Positions 61,057 through 64,000 of a stretch of DNA of 64,000 nt are shown piece after piece; within the stretch, counting starts at the first letter, position 1; every line of letters begins with the position of its first letter. The stretch comes from a virus, in IMG/VR virus record IMGVR_UViG_3300009163_000026, positions 22,856 through 86,855 of that record; one strand, written 5' to 3'. Under the pieces are notes generated by a model, which did no database searches, was not told the DNA's origin, and worked only from the letters and a program-made list of their open reading frames with translations. A program made the position numbers and the translations under genes.

Positions 61057-64000
61057 ATGGCATCATCAATTACACACAAAGGCGTAAGTTGGACGTTTGA
61101 TAAGAATTATACGACCGGTCAGTATGTAAACGGCGATTGGTGGGTTGTTGGACCAGTTACAATTATCTCTATTTCACCTATCTCACTCGCAGCAAACCCC
61201 AATTGGACTCAGCCAGATGGTCTAGCTACAGCAGTTAAAAATGGTACTGTAGTAAATCCTCAACCATCGAGTAGTTCTTACAACAAACAAGGTTTCAACC
61301 AGAATATAGACTGGCAGACGCCATATGATGATAATTTGAATATTGCTAATAAGCTGCCTCAAACAGTTCAGGTTAACAGCTCGATCGTTTCAAGTGTCTC
61401 CGGTGTACCCTCAATTCCTAAGGGTCTTTATCAAATTAATTCATATGAGATTCTCACAGTTGTTTCCGTAGCTCCTACGCCTGGGAGCTTCCGTCCCCCA
61501 TATATGGGATCCACTAGTCGCGTGAGTCAGTGGAATGTATCTAATCTAGATTATAGTAAGCTTAATACACTACCATCAGCCGCATTGTTGACAGTTCGTC
61601 CAGACATCATAGCAGCTGCTGCTAAGTTTTCAAGAGTCTGGTACGAGCAAGATTTAAATCAAACAGGATGGTATCTTCATCCCCCTTACATGGGTGGAAA
61701 CGGTTATGGTAGGGAGATGTCTGTTGATACAGGTGATGCTGCGTTGTTGTTACAACTCGATTATACCAATGCTCAAAAAGAGCCGCTATTAATTAACTTT
61801 GTCCAGTATGGTATCGATATTTCCGGGATTATTTTAGCGGGCGGTTCGTGGTATGCAGATGGTGGTCACAATGTTGGCAGGCTTTCTCCATTGCTTATTG
61901 CGGCATTTGTTTTGAATGATGTGAGTCTAAAGCAAATGGTTATAGGTTCAGCTATGAAATTCCAAGAATTTCAAACAACATTTTTTGTGACTCAGGGAGA
62001 TGTTGATCGTACTGATAGAGTAGGATCAAACGGCGACCCTTCTTATCCCTATGTTACAAGTGATATTGGCATGCCTGAGTGGGGCATCCGACATGTAGAA
62101 AAACCATGGTTAGATAATAATTGGTGGCGAGCATCTTATCGAGGCACAAATGGAGGTTTAATGACAGCGCCCGCAATGGTGGCTCAAGTGATGGGTGTAC
62201 GTAGTGCAGTTAATTGGGAACCCATGTTTCAGTATGCAGCACGACACTTAGAATATGAGCAAAGTGCGAGTTACCAGGGTGAATTTGGTGACGGTCCGAC
62301 AACGCCTTTTCCTAGAGCATTCTACAATGCCTATAAAGCAGTAACAACATTATTACCTAATTTTAATACCGCACTAACAACTCCTGTAATATACAGCTTA
62401 TCTGCAGGAGGTAAATCATTACAGGTATATACCCGACCTACAGAACCTACAGATGTAATTATAACACCTGCAGCTACTTCAATTACTGTTACATGGACAT
62501 CAAACCAAGATCCAATCTTCGGTGGCTTTAAAGTTCAATATAAGGAAGATAAAGTAGGTGAGAGCTTCAAACAGATATTAGTTACCCCCGATGTACGGCA
62601 GGTTAGAATTACTGAAAATATAACAGGTTTAACTTATTATATGATAAATGTAATAGCATACAATGTTAACTTCGGAGTTGCAATAGATAGTGAATCAACA
62701 AGACAATATCGGATACAGACTACAAATGACTACATATCTTATACCATGCTGCTAAGTCCAGCTCATTTCTGGACGTTTGACTCTGACAGCACTAACACCG
62801 TGCCAAATGTGTATATATTTAATGATATTGTTACTAAAGATGCTAAGTTTCAGTTATACATGTATGGCTGGAACGGTAAAATAGAGAGTGGGTCTCTTGT
62901 ACTTGACGGTAGCACCGGTAAACATATTGTTACAAGAGCTACGGATACAAATAGTACTTATCCTATACGTTTTAACCCAATTGGGATAGCTACTGATCCA
63001 AATGTATACATTACAATTATGGGGATATTTAAACTTAATGCTAACAATAACCAATCTTTACTTAAGATTTATGCGACGCCAGGGTATAGTGGGTTTGTTG
63101 ATGGGTTACAAATATCATCATATTATGATGTTGTAACAACTAAGTCTACTATAACAATTAGCACGCGGTATTCTAAAGTATATCCCGATGTCGGTGAGCA
63201 GTTTAGCAAGACAATTACGTCTCTACCTATTGCTACTGGCTTGGTACACATAACAGTAACAATAAAATCAGGTGAACAAAAGCTCTATATTAACGGCGAC
63301 CTCCATGGTGTATCTGACCTCACCGGTCCTGATAACTTATTTAAGGCATTTTGGAGTGATTATGACTTAGTTCTAGGTAGTGGAGGCGACTGGATTACTG
63401 AAGCAGACAATATCAGTATATTTAAGAAAATATTAACACAACAAGAAATTCTTGGGCTAACGAATACAGCTCTAAATAAGTCATTAACTACTATTACATC
63501 ATTAGTTACTGAAGGAGCACCGGTAGTACCGCCTGTGACTACTAGAACTCAAGGTTGGGAATTAACTACAAGTTCACCTGCTACTTTAGGTGATGCAATA
63601 GTTAGCACAGAAGGTACTTTCGTTCAAGCTAAGAGGTTTGGTGTTAGTACTAATCTATCTATAAATAATGTTACATTTACTGGAACAGCTCTGTCTAATA
63701 ATAGTGGTGAAGCCGCAGCTGTATCCGACGCCTTTGCAGTTAGAGGTATCGCGAGTGATAGCTTAATTTCACTATATACGAATTTAACTTTCAGCATACT
63801 AAATAATACTCATATTATAAGCAATCTAATTATAGGTAGGTATTATTTAATTCAGTGGTTCTTTGGTGATGAAAGAACTAGTTATGGGATTCCAACTAGA
63901 AGCCAAACTGTTTCATTTGCAGGTTATGCATTTACCTCAGATGCTCCGTTAGTAGCAGTTTCTAGAAAAGGATATTTTGTTGCAACAGCAACAAGTATGC
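61057..64000 (+). CDS. Large virion/adhesion protein, truncated by window edge and absent from the ORF track
   Basis: ATG at 61057 after GATAAATA; MASSITHKGVSWTFD..NGDWWVVGPV paralogous to the C-terminal domain of the previous gene; then FN3 and LamG-like (HFWTFD..KLYING..LTQQEI). Confidence 0.85.
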   Translation, partial: MASSITHKGVSWTFDKNYTTGQYVNGDWWVVGPVTIISISPISLAANPNWTQPDGLATAVKNGTVVNPQPSSSSYNKQGFNQNIDWQTPYDDNLNIANKLPQTVQVNSSIVSSVSGVPSIPKGLYQINSYEILTVVSVAPTPGSFRPPYMGSTSRVSQWNVSNLDYSKLNTLPSAALLTVRPDIIAAAAKFSRVWYEQDLNQTGWYLHPPYMGGNGYGREMSVDTGDAALLLQLDYTNAQKEPLLINFVQYGIDISGIILAGGSWYADGGHNVGRLSPLLIAAFVLNDVSLKQMVIGSAMKFQEFQTTFFVTQGDVDRTDRVGSNGDPSYPYVTSDIGMPEWGIRHVEKPWLDNNWWRASYRGTNGGLMTAPAMVAQVMGVRSAVNWEPMFQYAARHLEYEQSASYQGEFGDGPTTPFPRAFYNAYKAVTTLLPNFNTALTTPVIYSLSAGGKSLQVYTRPTEPTDVIITPAATSITVTWTSNQDPIFGGFKVQYKEDKVGESFKQILVTPDVRQVRITENITGLTYYMINVIAYNVNFGVAIDSESTRQYRIQTTNDYISYTMLLSPAHFWTFDSDSTNTVPNVYIFNDIVTKDAKFQLYMYGWNGKIESGSLVLDGSTGKHIVTRATDTNSTYPIRFNPIGIATDPNVYITIMGIFKLNANNNQSLLKIYATPGYSGFVDGLQISSYYDVVTTKSTITISTRYSKVYPDVGEQFSKTITSLPIATGLVHITVTIKSGEQKLYINGDLHGVSDLTGPDNLFKAFWSDYDLVLGSGGDWITEADNISIFKKILTQQEILGLTNTALNKSLTTITSLVTEGAPVVPPVTTRTQGWELTTSSPATLGDAIVSTEGTFVQAKRFGVSTNLSINNVTFTGTALSNNSGEAAAVSDAFAVRGIASDSLISLYTNLTFSILNNTHIISNLIIGRYYLIQWFFGDERTSYGIPTRSQTVSFAGYAFTSDAPLVAVSRKGYFVATATSM

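Noticed and set aside
1-64000. Bacterial chromosome or eukaryotic giant virus origin (dnaK, dnaJ, tRNAs)
   Set aside because: The holin/spanin/endolysin cassette, T4-type late promoters, dense tiny ORFs and tail fibres indicate a bacteriophage, and no housekeeping operons are present.

Overview
A 64-kb segment of a large lytic, T4-like (jumbo-type) dsDNA bacteriophage. The DnaK/DnaJ signatures and a TorF-type porin suggest, by inference, a Gram-negative PVC/Verrucomicrobia-like host. From left to right it holds: a divergent lysis cassette (endolysin, holin, overlapping spanins); dnaJ; about 43 kb of densely packed minus-strand accessory genes; and a plus-strand block of tail-fibre and depolymerase genes (982 aa, 225 aa, 3645 aa, and a >980-aa ORF running off the window). 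The accessory genes include dnaK, RadA-like, MoxR + split DUF2201/VWA, a nucleotidyltransferase, phosphoesterases, HiPIP-like, Hc1, a Cas4-like nuclease and a tRNA/ncRNA operon. Main unexplained structure read from the sequence: (1) a 20-member family of short, very divergent 'MRY...PExHPxFN' genes in late-promoter arrays, 19 of which start with the same DNA, ATGAGATAY; (2) a 66-nt RNA that is a tmRNA tRNA-like domain with no mRNA domain; (3) about 30 copies of a GGAAC-N5-TATAAT promoter, mostly 5-6 nt before the ATG (predicting leaderless mRNA) and often abutting the upstream stop codon; (4) about 11 late genes with T4-like capsid-targeting N-termini, including the MoxR/peptidase/VWA trio and a HiPIP-like protein; (5) several unassigned structured RNAs inside the tRNA operon. 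All family calls are from motif recognition by eye; no database search was run.
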